The position numbers and the translations under genes are program-made. A stretch of DNA of 64,000 nt, taken from NCBI GenBank assembly GCA_976226885.1, contig OZ320317.1, positions 11,780,001-11,844,000 of the forward strand. The letters are read 5' to 3'. How positions within the stretch are numbered: the stretch's first letter is position 1; each line of letters starts with the position of its first letter. The DNA is from Iphione sp. A-MEVVRFRX5 (Eukaryota). This document shows positions 1 to 12,160 of the stretch, one piece after another. The notes beneath the pieces were generated by a model. The model did no database searches. It saw nothing but the letters and a program-made list of their open reading frames with translations, and had not been told where the DNA came from.

Positions 1-640
1 ACAGTCGTAGATATCCCGTGGTTCGGTTACTAGGGGTGTCTAATGGGGTGTTAAGTCATTTTAACAACCTGTCCATGTTGTGTATATGAAACCACTGCCA
101 AATTTCAATGTCTAGGAATGGCTTGTTATATTTTGGAACTTATGCTAGTTCTAAAAGTTACACTGATGACCATAGCTCTTATCTGGGTAGGTCTGGGGTC
201 TGTCATTACACTACCAATATATAACGTAGTACGGGCCATGGGGAGGAGGCCTTATAGGGGTGAGACATTTCCAACGTTTCATATATATGTATTTGTGTTG
301 ATACTTTTTGCAAATCGTATACAATGGCATATATTTTGTTTCACTAAAGACAAGACAAAAGAAAATCCACAAAAAGTTATGTTACTTTGGACTACTTTAT
401 CAGTCAGGCAGAGGGATATACCAAGATGATTAGGGTTGGGGGAGGGGTCAGAGATAAGGGAATATGGTTGTTTACCATAAGAATTACCCTCGTCATCTAA
501 CACTGATGGGCTGCATACTTGTGGTCAGTTGTATGAATATTGTTCGCCTTGTGAAATCTGATACTCTGATCACTGTGTCTACTAGAAAGTGGTGCAGAAC
601 ATGATGTTGGGTATACAGAGATTCTGTTGGTTATGGGATT

Positions 641-664
641 GTCCGTAAGCGAGGGATCACTGTA
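641..664. mobile_element. Isolated right-hand terminus of a Tc1/pogo-type TIR element
   Basis: gtccgtaagcgagggatcactg followed by TA reads CAGTGATCCCTCGCTTACGGAC on the other strand, a typical pogo/Tigger terminus. No matching partner end was found in the window. Confidence 0.35.
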
Positions 665-1014
665 TCAATATCTATCCGAAGTTAGGACAACAAAATGTAT
701 ATAACATAAAATCTAGACTCGTTAGCCGAGAACGTGACAGGTAATATGGTAGTGTTTTACTATACTTCATTCGTGGCTGCTCTAACACAGTGATCCTCAT
801 GGGATACTCCATATTAGACACTCTATGAGGCAAAAAAGTCATTTGAAACAGTGACAAATCTTTATACAAACCTTTTTATTACTAGCACTTAATGTATGTT
901 CTATTTAACATCATACTTCATCAATTGGAGCCTAATGATGGGAAGTCTCCTTCACTGACACTTTTATGGGTTTGAGATGGTCAAAAACAAGTTTAATGAC
1001 ACAAATCTAGAGTA

Positions 1015-2645
1015 CAGTGAATACTCGAAATTTGAACAAAGATCGTTTCAGACAAAAACGTTCGGATTTCAGGTATTTCAGATTTCAAATAGTGGCCTGA
1101 GTCCACTTATCTATAGGAGGTCAAGTCGGGCCCTAGGCCCTTCTCAACACTTTGCATACTTAAATAGAAAGTTACCCCTGCAAACTTCCATTTGACTTTG
1201 CATACCTATAAATATAAAATATATCATGTAATTAATGTGAACTATCTTAACTACTATTAAGGAGAAAAAACATAAAAAAAGAAGCCATGTCTAGGGTCTT
1301 CTGAAAAAGTCTGCAATGGTGTTCTACTTGCACTTCTTCACTACTGCCATCTCTGTCTTCTCCAGGATGGCATGAAGAAAAGACACAATCTCAGTATTGC
1401 CTTGGTCCTCCCAGAAGTATGCAGCCCATTCCAGTCCTTGCCTTGTTTGCTTGATGGTGACAGGCTCCACATCTTCCTCCTCCTCTTCTTTCTCTTCTGT
1501 CTTACTCTTGCCTGCCAGTTGGATGATGCTCTGATCATCCAGCTTTCCTGATGTAGGCTCCTAGGAGTCACAAGGCACATACTCATCTGTGGTTCCTGTG
1601 TCCTCCCCTTGCTTCTCCCAGAGGTCTTGGAGCAGGGTCCTCAGCTCTAAGAGCTCTCCTCTTCCTCCTCTTCATCTGTGGCTGGACTAGTGGTATCTAG
1701 AAGGATGTCCACATGCCTCCAACATCTGGTAATGGTGGTACTGGTGACAGCTGCCCATGTCTCATGGATCATCAGGATGGCCTTTTGTGACATCTGTGGT
1801 CTGGGGTTTCCCTGACTCAACACAAGTCAGGAAATGCCTCACCAGTCTCCTCTGATACTGGGCCTTTAAGGAGGCTATGATGCCTCCATCCAGGGCTAAA
1901 GATGACTGATGGTGTTACGATGCAAGTTAATGATCTTGAAGTTGCTGTACTCCCTGTTGGTCTTGTGGCTTGCCACATTGTCACAGGGGAGGACATATCT
2001 CCTCTTCTGTTCTCTGGCTCTGTCACCCAGCTCTTCAGGAGTTCTTCCCACAGGGTTGAAGTCATCCATGCTTTGGTATTGTTCCTCTAGGTAACATACC
2101 AGGAAGGGTAAAAGTCCCTTCCAAAGTGTCCAGGCCTGGCTGACTTGCCTATCACAAAGGGGCTGCTATTCTCAGTCCCTGTGGCATTGCAGCACAAGGC
2201 ACCAATCAGCCTGTCCTTGGATCTCTTCTCAACCTTCACAGGCCTGTAAAGAGTTTTGATCCTGGTTTGAGTTGGTAAAAGAGTCCTGACTCATTACCAT
2301 TGAAGATGTCATCAGGATCATATCCTTGTAGGATGTCTTGATGTCCTGCCTGCCTTCCCCTACAGCCTGGGCAGAGACAGATGCAGCTTCACCATGGGTT
2401 TTGTGCATCTTGATGGTGTTCCTTTCCCTGAATCTCTGGGTCCAGCCCTTGCTGTAGCCAAAGCTTTCATCCATCTGGAGCTCCTTCCCAAAGACCTTGG
2501 CCTTTTCCACCAGCATGTCATCTGTCAGGACTGCAGCTCTGGCCCTCATGTCCTTGAACAAGAGGAGAAGGGCCTTTACCAGGTCAACCTGTTCGGGACA
2601 TCTTGCCCTCACAAGGTTGCCCTCCTCATCAGGCAAGGACAGCCT
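1015..2645 (-). pseudogene. Decayed pogo/Tigger DNA transposon (frameshifted transposase)
   Basis: ORF 2229-2636 has a CENP-B-type HTH (LTDDMLVEKAK...SKGWTQRF...HGEAAS). Adjacent frames continue with YDPDDIFN..ESGLF, IGKSARP, NNTKAWMT and a C-terminal *NTIADFFRRP* ending near 1291. Several stops and frameshifts. Candidate 3' terminus is TA|CAGTGAATACTCG at 1015; the 5' end and N-terminal HTH were not identified. Confidence 0.85.
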
Positions 2646-3953
2646 GTATACCCTACATTCTACTATATTGTATATTCTCTGTTTCTATATAAGGCAATAT
2701 ATAACAATATTCTATTTTTTATGGTAATATTCTACAATGAGGTTTTCCGTTTTGTTTTTAGAATTGGAAGATGAATAGTGAGTCCATTAGATTGTCCTTT
2801 ATTAGTGTCATCGTGGGTCTTAATTAATTTTGATTTTGATAGGTAGTCAACAATAGTAAGAGTAAGCTACTTTCGTCAACTGTATGTACTGATTACATCT
2901 ATTGTGTAATTCCTCCTTGGGTCCACCTAGGCTCTCCCTATTAGATTCACTATCTCTAACATATATTTTTGCAAGGGTCCTATTTTGTGAGGAATCTTGT
3001 AAACACAGTCAAATAACCAACGTGTTGTATAATAGAGCGTTTGTAAAGAGATAATAGATATGTGGCATTAAATTATTCCTGATCATATAAAAAATGAGAA
3101 TTTCACTTGTAATTTTTTAGTTTCCCTATCAAATATTACGGCCAGATATTTAGTCATTTACTATCTCAACGTCAGTATTCAACATCTTACTGTCAAAATT
3201 TGAATCAACAATGTTCATCCATCTCACAAATACACTGATTGATAACTTAACGTTGCTTAGTTTACCACGGGCATTCTGTGTTTTAGCTATAACATTACTG
3301 ATATTAGTCTGATATTGTTTTTAATGAAGATTCATCGTAGTTTACTACGCAGTATTGTCTCCAAAGATAATTTCTAAACCAATTAGTCATCTTATGTGAG
3401 AAATTAAAGTTTTAAAGTTTTTGTAACAATAAATTACAATTTACAATATTAAATGCCTTTTTTAAAACTGACAAAGATAAAACATTGTTTTTTTATTGTG
3501 AATATAACCATATGCTCCAAGAAGAACTTCGACGACAGCTTTTCATGTTCCATGTTTAATATCACGCATGTTGATGTCAAGTAATCAGCACCAACACAAT
3601 AATATTGATACTTATTAACAATACAAAATTAGGAGATGAAGTCAATTAATCAGCTACATCCTGAGAAAATATTCAACCATCAGTTTGGGAGTATCATCAA
3701 GTAAATTAGATAAACACTTAGACATTGGTATATACATACATACACAGTAGACAGGTAGACGGTTGTGTATGTGATTATCCACATAAGCAGAGATATGGAC
3801 ATCTATATAAGGACTAGTCATTTGATGTCAATTTATCAACACCAACACCATAACTCAATACTAATAAAGACAGATTGTCAACAACATGGGAAAACTTAGA
3901 TTAAACAGAGAACAGAAAGAATTAAGTTGCATGTTAAATTTGAGAACTATCAA

Positions 3954-4435
3954 TGTCAAATAATCAACATCAGTCACTGAGACATAACCCGACTGTAACA
4001 CATGTCAGTTGACTCAATCAAGTATTGGGTATTCAGTCACATACTAGCAGGCATCCAGAGGTACGCCTCGAAATACATAGTGAATAGTAAGAGAGTGGGT
4101 GAATATATATGAATGCATTACAGTTTATCAACCCTGTTACTTATCTAGTAATCCAAAAAGAAGCGAATTGCATATTCAATTTGATAACCGCGTTAATAAT
4201 TTAACACCTATAACGGAATGTGTATGTTAAATGCAGAGTTAGTTTATGAACCGTGTATACAATTATATCCATTCAGTATGAAATTACCAGACGTAATAGG
4301 GGCATTGAATTGATGTCAACTAATTAACATCAAAATCACTGAGAAAATAGTGACTGCAACGACATGGATATTCAGTAACATACGAATAGGCATCTGATGG
4401 CATACCTCAAAATACATGCATATGAATGACATCCT
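3954..4435. repeat. Two degenerate ~120-130 bp direct repeats (about 360 bp apart) in an AT-rich block
   Basis: tgtcaaataatcaacatcagtcactgaga...gtattcagtcacatac...ggcatccagaggtacgcctcgaaatacat at 3954 matches tgtcaactaattaacatcaaaatcactgaga...atattcagtaacatac...ggcatctgatggcatacctcaaaatacat at 4314. Confidence 0.6.
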
Positions 4436-4457
4436 AGTTAAATAATCAACCGAGCTA

Positions 4458-5126
4458 CTAATCTCGTGAATTATTTCTGAGCATAGATTTGTAAAATTTT
4501 TCGGCCCAGATATCAGTTGTTTCGTCCGTTGGGTGAAGTCCATCTTTCAGTTTATTAAAGAACGATCTGTACTTAGTTTTTTGATAGTGATGAACTGGCA
4601 CCTCCAGCCATGGAGAAATATATCCATTGAAATCATTAGTTTTGATGATTACATTATTTATTTTCTGTATAGCAGCATTGAAATTCTTCTGTGTTTGTGG
4701 GTCAATAGGAGAGTAATTCTTGTCCAATGCCTTTGCAGTGTTGTACCGATCAAAACTCATGGATGAAACAGGGCACCAGATAACCCGTGGTGGATTTGAC
4801 ATGGTTTGAAGTTTGTTGATATGCTGTGAGAGCGTGGTGGTGAACCTGCTGAAGAGAGAGTCAGTATCGGTGTGAATGGGCAGTGTTTGGAAGGACATCG
4901 TGTCATGATAGATGAGGTCACTAATCCCTCCAAATACGTATATTAAATAATACGACGGTAGGCTATCGTTATGATAGATACTATCACACAGTCTATTGAG
5001 ATCTGCCCCTGGCTGTACTATAACTTCAACATCAAAATCATTTCCAGCACGGGGACCGATGGCCTCTGACAAGCCTCTTCCTCTCGCGTCGGAGACAATC
5101 AGAATTTTCTTCTTATCGGAATGCAT
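4458..5126 (-). CDS. Uninterrupted SGNH/GDSL hydrolase-like ORF (222 aa), probably transposon-associated esterase type
   Basis: SGNH blocks in the correct order and spacing: ILIVSDARGRGL (block I), QPGADL (II), VFGGISDL (III), KLKDGLHP (V). A possible in-frame acceptor tttcag|GTCGAC lies 18 nt upstream of the ATG. Confidence 0.7.
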   Translation of the reverse strand: MHSDKKKILIVSDARGRGLSEAIGPRAGNDFDVEVIVQPGADLNRLCDSIYHNDSLPSYYLIYVFGGISDLIYHDTMSFQTLPIHTDTDSLFSRFTTTLSQHINKLQTMSNPPRVIWCPVSSMSFDRYNTAKALDKNYSPIDPQTQKNFNAAIQKINNVIIKTNDFNGYISPWLEVPVHHYQKTKYRSFFNKLKDGLHPTDETTDIWAEKFYKSMLRNNSRD

Positions 5127-5237
5127 ATCATTTGCCGTGTCGACCTGAAAGATTCATAGAACCCAACTTAGTCAATGGTATTTTACAATAGAATAGACAG
5201 TGTAGTTGCTAATAGATTCAATCTCCACCAGGTATTG

Positions 5238-5401
5238 CAGGGCTGGGCAATTGTCGCATTGTTACCAAAAACGGACTACACAGACATAGAAAATGTGACA
5301 ACTTTCTTTCACTGCCCATTGAAGTGCTGAACTTATTTCTATTTCTTTTGTTACATAGATGTTACAAAATGCAACGAATGCTCTTTAGGTGCCCAGCCCT
5401 G
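5238..5401. mobile_element. 164-bp non-autonomous TIR element with 5-bp TSD (hAT5-like)
   Basis: TATTG|CAGGGCTGGGCA...TGCCCAGCCCTG|TATTG: perfect 12-bp TIR and identical 5-bp flanks. Confidence 0.75.
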
Positions 5402-6208
5402 TATTGGTCTTGATGTAGGGAGAAAAGAGGTCCAAACCTGTACCACGGATTTTATTATATGATACAAAACCAGGAGAATTGCCTGAGATCTTTTGCATAG
5501 CCAGTCTAAATGATTTAAACAAATGCACTTTACTTTGAATAAAATATATGTATGGGCTATTACAATATGGGTGAATGACGCCTCAAGGCATTCCCAGGAA
5601 AAAGCCTGATAAAGACTAAAGGCATCTCCTGTAAAGAGTGAATAAAACCTTCAGGCACCAAGGATGAGGGTACATTCTGAAAGTACACATGCTTTTTTGT
5701 GGGCTTTTTCCATAAAGTAGACATGTAATACAGTTACAATCAACACATTTTATCACAAGTAATGACAAGAATTCATACCCATTTGTACATTTGCTATACA
5801 GCATGCTTTACATGGTATTATCATATATTATCCCTTGCAGATTTGGGAGGGCATTTCATCAAACAACCCCCACCTTATGGTGATTTATTGCTGTACCTCT
5901 TCCAGCCCTAAATGGGCTCCTAATGTTTTTCAGGCTTTTGGAATCATAGGTAGATAACTTTTTCTCTCAAACTGTCTCTACCTGCATGATCGACCAATAC
6001 AGATGTTAATGCTTCATTGGCTGTACAGCAATTAGAACCTTGATGTTGGCACTCAGTGACATAATCAATAGAAAGGGGATGATTCGTTGCTTCAAAACAA
6101 TATTGTTGGTACTTACACAGTGGACACATTGTCAAGGGTAATTTACCTTCTGGTAATTTGTACCATTGATTGTGATTTTATGTTTTACCATCTATTAAGA
6201 ATGTTTTA

Positions 6209-6754
6209 GGCCCGGTTTCCATTAAGCCGGAACCATCCATGTGTATGGCTGTGTATAAATATACATACTTATCCAGCACACTGTCTTTAATGTGGAGATT
6301 TCCATATGTGTGTAACCATATGCGTACATGACCATGCATACAGCATATGTAGTTCATTTTTGGTGCATAACTGATCATTTTCCGCATATATATGCGCTAC
6401 ACACAGTCATGCAGTGATTTCTTCATATTTACTAATTTTTACTCACTTATAAGCATGATTTATGTATATTTACACACAAATCTGTCTTTTCCCAGTTTTT
6501 AAAATCATTTTTGTAATCTTTTGTAAAGTTTTTCTTGGCCATTTCCATGAAAAAGCCATTTTTTCGGCCAAGTTTCCATAAAAAAGTTTCTTTGCCATTT
6601 TTCATACGTTTCCCCTGATTTTACACATCATCAGACATTGTCCCTTATGGACTTCAAGAGACAACTCTGTGCGTTAGGATGCAGAGCAGTGCAAGATGCA
6701 TACAAATGTATCCGGACACCTTTCGTACATTTCCGCAGTAATGGGAACCAGGCC
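6209..6754. mobile_element. PIF/Harbinger-type MITE (546 bp)
   Basis: TTA|GGCCCGGTTTCCATTA...TAATGGGAACCAGGCC|TTA: 16-bp TIR with 2 mismatches and a TTA TSD. Internal ggccatttccatgaaa...ttttcggcc repeats match the reverse complement of the interior of the 39289-39943 element. Confidence 0.85.
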
Positions 6755-7519
6755 TTACCATATGACAAGTTGCTCTAAGCCGCTTCTGAATCGGCAGTTT
6801 AACAGTTGGATGTAAATCTTAGGTTAGCAGATTGGGGTTCCCATTGCAAATCAGGGACCAGACAGAAGAGCACACAATATTTAAACTTAAAGTCCCAGTG
6901 TTTTCCATGGCAGGATCTACTTGCAAATTTGCAGATGCAGAGGACACTTAAACCTATATCGAAAATATGCTCTGGAAGAGATTTCTGCCAGTTCAGTGAC
7001 AGTTCTGCCTGTTATCCCTGTTAAGGCAATTTGCAGAATAATAAATGCACTAGCATATTAAGTTAGATATTCGATAGTTCGTTGCAGCTATGAAGAAAAT
7101 TAATCAGCGAAAGAGTTCTGTGGGAAATCTCATTTCTATTTTTGGGCTATTAAAATAACCGCTACACATCTTTGTGATGCCAAGACATTCTGAAAGTCTA
7201 ATTAAACAGCCACTTTCAAAAGTAAATGATGAAGGAAAGACCAGTTCCTCTCAGAGTACATGTATGTCTTCCAAACGAGTGCAATGCCCGGCGGTAAATG
7301 TACATGTGTGTCGCCTAAACTTTCGGTGAAGACGGATGTAGTGATGTTGCAAAAGCAATTTTCCATCCGAGAGCATGTCGTAGCTTCCGTATCTAAGTTC
7401 TCCCATGGAAACTCCCCTCCCCCCTCAAACAGCATATTTTGGTTCCATTTGGAATAATTCGGGGTGTTTTGCATCGGTCCGGCGCTTCAGTGGTTAATCC
7501 AATGGGCCCTTGCGATGTC

Positions 7520-7960
7520 AGTGTGCCAGCTGCCTATACAATGCGAGACACAGTGACAACGGAAGAAATGATGGAGACGCTGGAGATTGAGGACAGTGAG
7601 AATGGAGTGACGGCTGTAAAAAAAAAATGGAAGGACTGAAAACAAAGGGGACAGTGAGAGAAGAGTGATGACAATGTCAACGTAATCAAGTCCTTGGGGC
7701 AGATGTCACTATGCCAGTTACCTACACAATATAACAGTGACGGTAGGAAAGGGGAGGGGGGATCGTTATTGAAAACAGTGAGAAAAGAGTGAGGGGTATG
7801 AAAAAGGAAGGGGCAATGGGAAAGGAGTGAAGACAATGAGTGTTGAAGGCAGTGAAGGTGGTGTGGGGACACTGAGAAAAGACATAGTTAAATAAGAAAT
7901 AAGATGTTATTGGAAACGGATGGGAACAGTACAGAGGGAGGATACAATTGAGAAGCGGTG
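7520..7960. repeat. Purine-rich degenerate low-complexity repeat (gacagtgag-like units)
   Basis: Recurrent acagtgagaa/gggacagtgag/gacaatg motifs. Confidence 0.5.
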
Positions 7961-9376
7961 GGGACAGCTGGCATACGCGTCTTTCTTGTACACATTCTAT
8001 AAATTCTTAAAGTAAACCGTTTTGAGAGTCATTTCCTGTTTCTAATTTTGGTAGACTTGCCTCACCCGCCGATCTTGTTTTCTGGTAGGATTGAGTGATC
8101 CGCTTAAAATTACCTGTATGTGAATCACATTCATACCAGATTGTTATAGAATTCTGTATTTCAAGGAATTTGGCTTCATTTTCTTGCACACCGGTCTCCA
8201 TGCAGCACGGCAATGCGTGTTCACTGTGAATTTTGGGAATACATGATAAGAGCAGGAGTGTGTCCGTGCACATGTGGAGCGTGTAGTGTGTCCTGTGTCT
8301 CCATATGGCAATATTGGAATGGGAAATGTTCCATTTTTCTATGGTGATGAACAGACATGCACCACGAAAACATGTGGTAAACACACTATATGGGTAGGGT
8401 TTAAATGATTTGGGGGATTAGAAATGTGCAAATGTTTCACAGTGGTCCACGGACTTGGAGCACGCTGCACAGAGATGCGTGTACAAGGAAATTAAGCCTA
8501 AGTTTTGTGGAACAAAAGTGGCCGATTTTCATTCATCTTTTGTCATGGGACTCCTTCACAGTTCAATTGCCTTCAATTCCATATAGTTGCTTTCACTCTG
8601 TAGACTGTTCCATGGCTTTGAATTCTTCACAAAACATTATAGGGTCACAGTGTACATGCTTGACGAAACTAGTTCAAATGTTAGCCATGTGCTGATAGCA
8701 AGGGTTTCCAGTATAATCTTGTTCCGATCCAAACGTTGCCACTACAACCGCATGTATTTTACGTTCTGGTTTGAACTGTGGATTCTAATCCATCCAGCTT
8801 CTTGTTTTTAATATTCTCATTGAAATTTGCTCTACCACTCCATCTAGCGGTTTCGCTACACGTGCTGTCCTATGCTTTCCTCTCATTGCCCGTCCCTCTC
8901 CCCCTTTCTCTGCAAGTCACTGCCACTCTCCTTTCTCTCTGATTCAATGGGGGTCAGTGACTTCAGTCTGATCTAATAATTTTGACTGTTCTTCAAATAT
9001 AAATGTTGCTGTAGAGCATAGCAGAATAAAACTTCCTTGGGGAAATTTCATCTCTTGAAATTAATCTAGGCTTCTGGTTCTGATAGGGCCTAGTCCTTGT
9101 GGATTGTTTGGTACAATAGCCCACATGAATTCTAACCTTGATTAGAATTCTGTCCGTCTTTCTTCTTTCGCCACCCGCCACCCTCCTAAAAATCTATATA
9201 TTTATTTATCCATACGAATAAAAGATGATTTCAAGTGCTTAGTGACTCGAGCAGGATGCAGGGCAACTAGACATATTCGTTATACCAATGAATATCCCGA
9301 TGTGGTGAAGGAAAATGGCAGACTACCAGTTTCTTGAAGTTTCTATGATGCTCTCTCCCTCTGATCTATCACGCAG

Positions 9377-9699
9377 GCGCCTCGGATCGTCGCCGGAAGC
9401 GCCGCACCACCATCAGCGTCCTCTCCAAGGAGGCGCTGGAACGTCACTTCCTGCGTCAACCCAAGCCGAGCAGCCACGACATCTGCCGAGTGGCGGCCGC
9501 ACTACGACTCGACAAGGAAGTCGTGCGCGTGTGGTTCTGTAACCGCCGCCAGAGGGACAAGCGGGTCAAGACGAGCCTGGCGTTCAACCAGGCCGAGCTG
9601 TCCAGCGTCTCTCTCCACAATTACCCCGCGAATGGTCAGTACCATAACCACCTCTGCGCGGCGGCCGCGTCGGCGGGTGAGTCGGCCACCAAAATCTAG
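9377..9699 (+). CDS. POU1F1: Last coding exon of a POU class 1 (Pit-1) homeobox gene; upstream exons not found in the window
   Basis: Acceptor cacgcag|GC, phase 1, then (G)[67 protein letters not shown]...KI*. WFCNRRQ is POU-specific; RRTTIS, ALERHF, KPSS and KRVKTSL match Pit-1. AATAAA at 9912-9917. Confidence 0.92.
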
Positions 9700-12053
9700 T
9701 GAAGTACACGTCTAGTTCTTGGGTGTTCTACTCTACACGCCCAGCAGAGTATTTCCATGTCGGGACCAATGAAACATTTACTCGCTTATTGACGAATTCT
9801 TTGTTATATTGTATAAATATTGTATTTATATTGTATTTGTTATATCGGTTGTTCGGACCAGAGCGTTCCTAGTTCACACTTTGGATGAATTCACTTCGCT
9901 AACCACGTCGGAATAAAGGCAGACGTCATAATCCTCAATTTGTCCTCTCCTTTCCGGACAGAAATGCCTTTACGGTGACATCCCTTATAAATCGTCTTGA
10001 TCCAGTAGATTAGATGAACTTACTAGTGACATTATGTTGACTTTGCGATAATGCTGTACACCGTTGACTCCTCAACACCACAGACTGGGAGGGTGGTTCT
10101 CAGGAGAAGTTCTCAAAGTTGATGACGAGCAACACGATCGACTCACGTTTTATGGGGACACCTCGTGTTCACCACTCGAACTAAAGAGAATGCACAGCTC
10201 TCCTTCGCAGGGGATACTGCATGTACGTGTACGTTCATGTTGTTTTCAGTGATGCACATTCGCTTTCAATAAGAGGTGAAATTAACGAAAGGAACTATCA
10301 TTCATTCAGAAGAGGAACGTAATGAACACAGGCAGTTTTACCCAGAGGAAGAATGGTCGTAAAATATTCCTGCGACACTCCATGATACACACTTAATAAG
10401 ACTCTTAACACTACATATATTAAAAGTTGCCTGAAAGTAGTCCGGCCATGGGGAGGTGGTCTCACCGGGGTGAGACTACTCCTAGACCTCATGTTTTCTT
10501 CAATGTGTTGTTACTCTTTTTTTAGAATAATTAAAACTGCCACATGTTTAAGGCAGAAAAATGAATGTAAAAGAAAATAGAAAACTTTGGCCCTACTTTT
10601 TTCAACTAGGTGTAGGTATACACACTTCCCCCACACCTTCTGCTCAGTCAAGCAGAACTGAGGGTTGTGAACTTGAATAAGTGTTATCTCCTGACCCAAT
10701 TAGACTCAGTCACACTGGCCACTACCTCCCTGTTGGGGGGGAGGGGGGGGGGGGGTTAAAATCGCCAAAGGCGCTTGTTTGTAATAAATCTTCACTCAAA
10801 CAAGAGATTTTAGAATAAGGCCATCAACCCCTTTGGGCTTTGAGATTTCTACGTGTCCAGAAATGACACTCATGATTTGGGCACATCGCTAGTTACGCAG
10901 TTACACATCATTTATAAATGGGTTGGTTAATTTAACAGTAGACGACTGGGGGGGGGGGATAGGATGTCGACCGTGTTTGCTGGATCTACGTACACACATC
11001 CACCTGCGGCTTTTATTTCATTAAAACTGTGAAAGGTGCAGAGACAGTCACAGTATTCCATCACCAATTGTAGAGTGTGATATCCGCCGCCTTAATTTTC
11101 ACCGATACCTTACGAATGTTTCAAGCCAACTCAGTATTTGCTTAAAATATATAAATACAAAGCAACTTTAACTGTTAAAGAAATTACCTGTATGGCATAA
11201 ACAACGAACATGGGGCATATTATTCTATTTGCTTTATTACTGACAGTTCGAGTGCTCTAAAGTACGTTGGAGTTCTTACTAGATAATTTTATAAATGCAT
11301 TACAACATTCACCGACGAGTCTGTCCTGAAAGGAAAGATCAAATCTGCTAAAAACGTGACAAATCGAAACATTTCGGGTTTCCGTCAATTAAATGCACTA
11401 GCCATATACTATGGTATACACGTGTAATATATACTTCCCTGATACCGTGGGTATATTCTAGTCCCTCAATTAAAACACATCAGACATGAAATATTACGCT
11501 CGGGGGGATGGAGGCGGAGGGGGGGGGGGTGTGTTTGTATTCATCACCTGATGTAACAGCTTGCACTGCCATTAGAGGATATATCTTCTAGTTGTACAAT
11601 TAAAATGAGTCATCTGATTCTGTCACAATACGCCTGAAATATATTGAAGTAGGACACGGGGCGGGTCTCTCTCCTGACAGCGCCAGGGATCCCCCTCTAG
11701 CCCGGCGTTTTCATGTCAAGAAATATCCAATCGATGCGTCGTTCCGCTGAAATACATTGGGCAAGCATGCACGATCACCTGAAATTTGCTGGGTGTGTGG
11801 GGGGCTCTGAGGTCCATCGTGTTAATCCTAGAAATTTCCATTTTCTTTTCACTTAGTTGCGTGCATTCGAGGCTGATCTGTCCGCTTGTAAAAAAACGTT
11901 GACAACATTCATAAGACTACAGGATCTAAAACGTGCTCCGTACGCCGAGTACTACGCATCTCGAGCAGGTCCACGTGACAGTCACGTGACAAGTCACTTT
12001 CTCTGCTCTAAGTTTGGGTGCCACTATCTTTGAACACCATTTCCTTCTTTGCT

Positions 12054-12160
12054 GCTGAAGGAAAAGGTTGGGCGACGTTTTCAATTTGCTGAAGGAAAAG
12101 GCATGGGCGACGTTTTCAATTTGCTGAAGGAAAAGGCATGGGCGACGTTTTCAATTTGCT
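12054..12160. repeat. 35-bp tandem repeat, 3 copies
   Basis: Unit gctgaaggaaaaggcatgggcgacgttttcaattt. Confidence 0.9.

Noticed and set aside
8000-8810. Balanced-composition stretch with several 75-125 aa ORFs
   Set aside because: No POU-specific or transposase motif was recognisable in any frame; it may be a decayed element but this cannot be supported.
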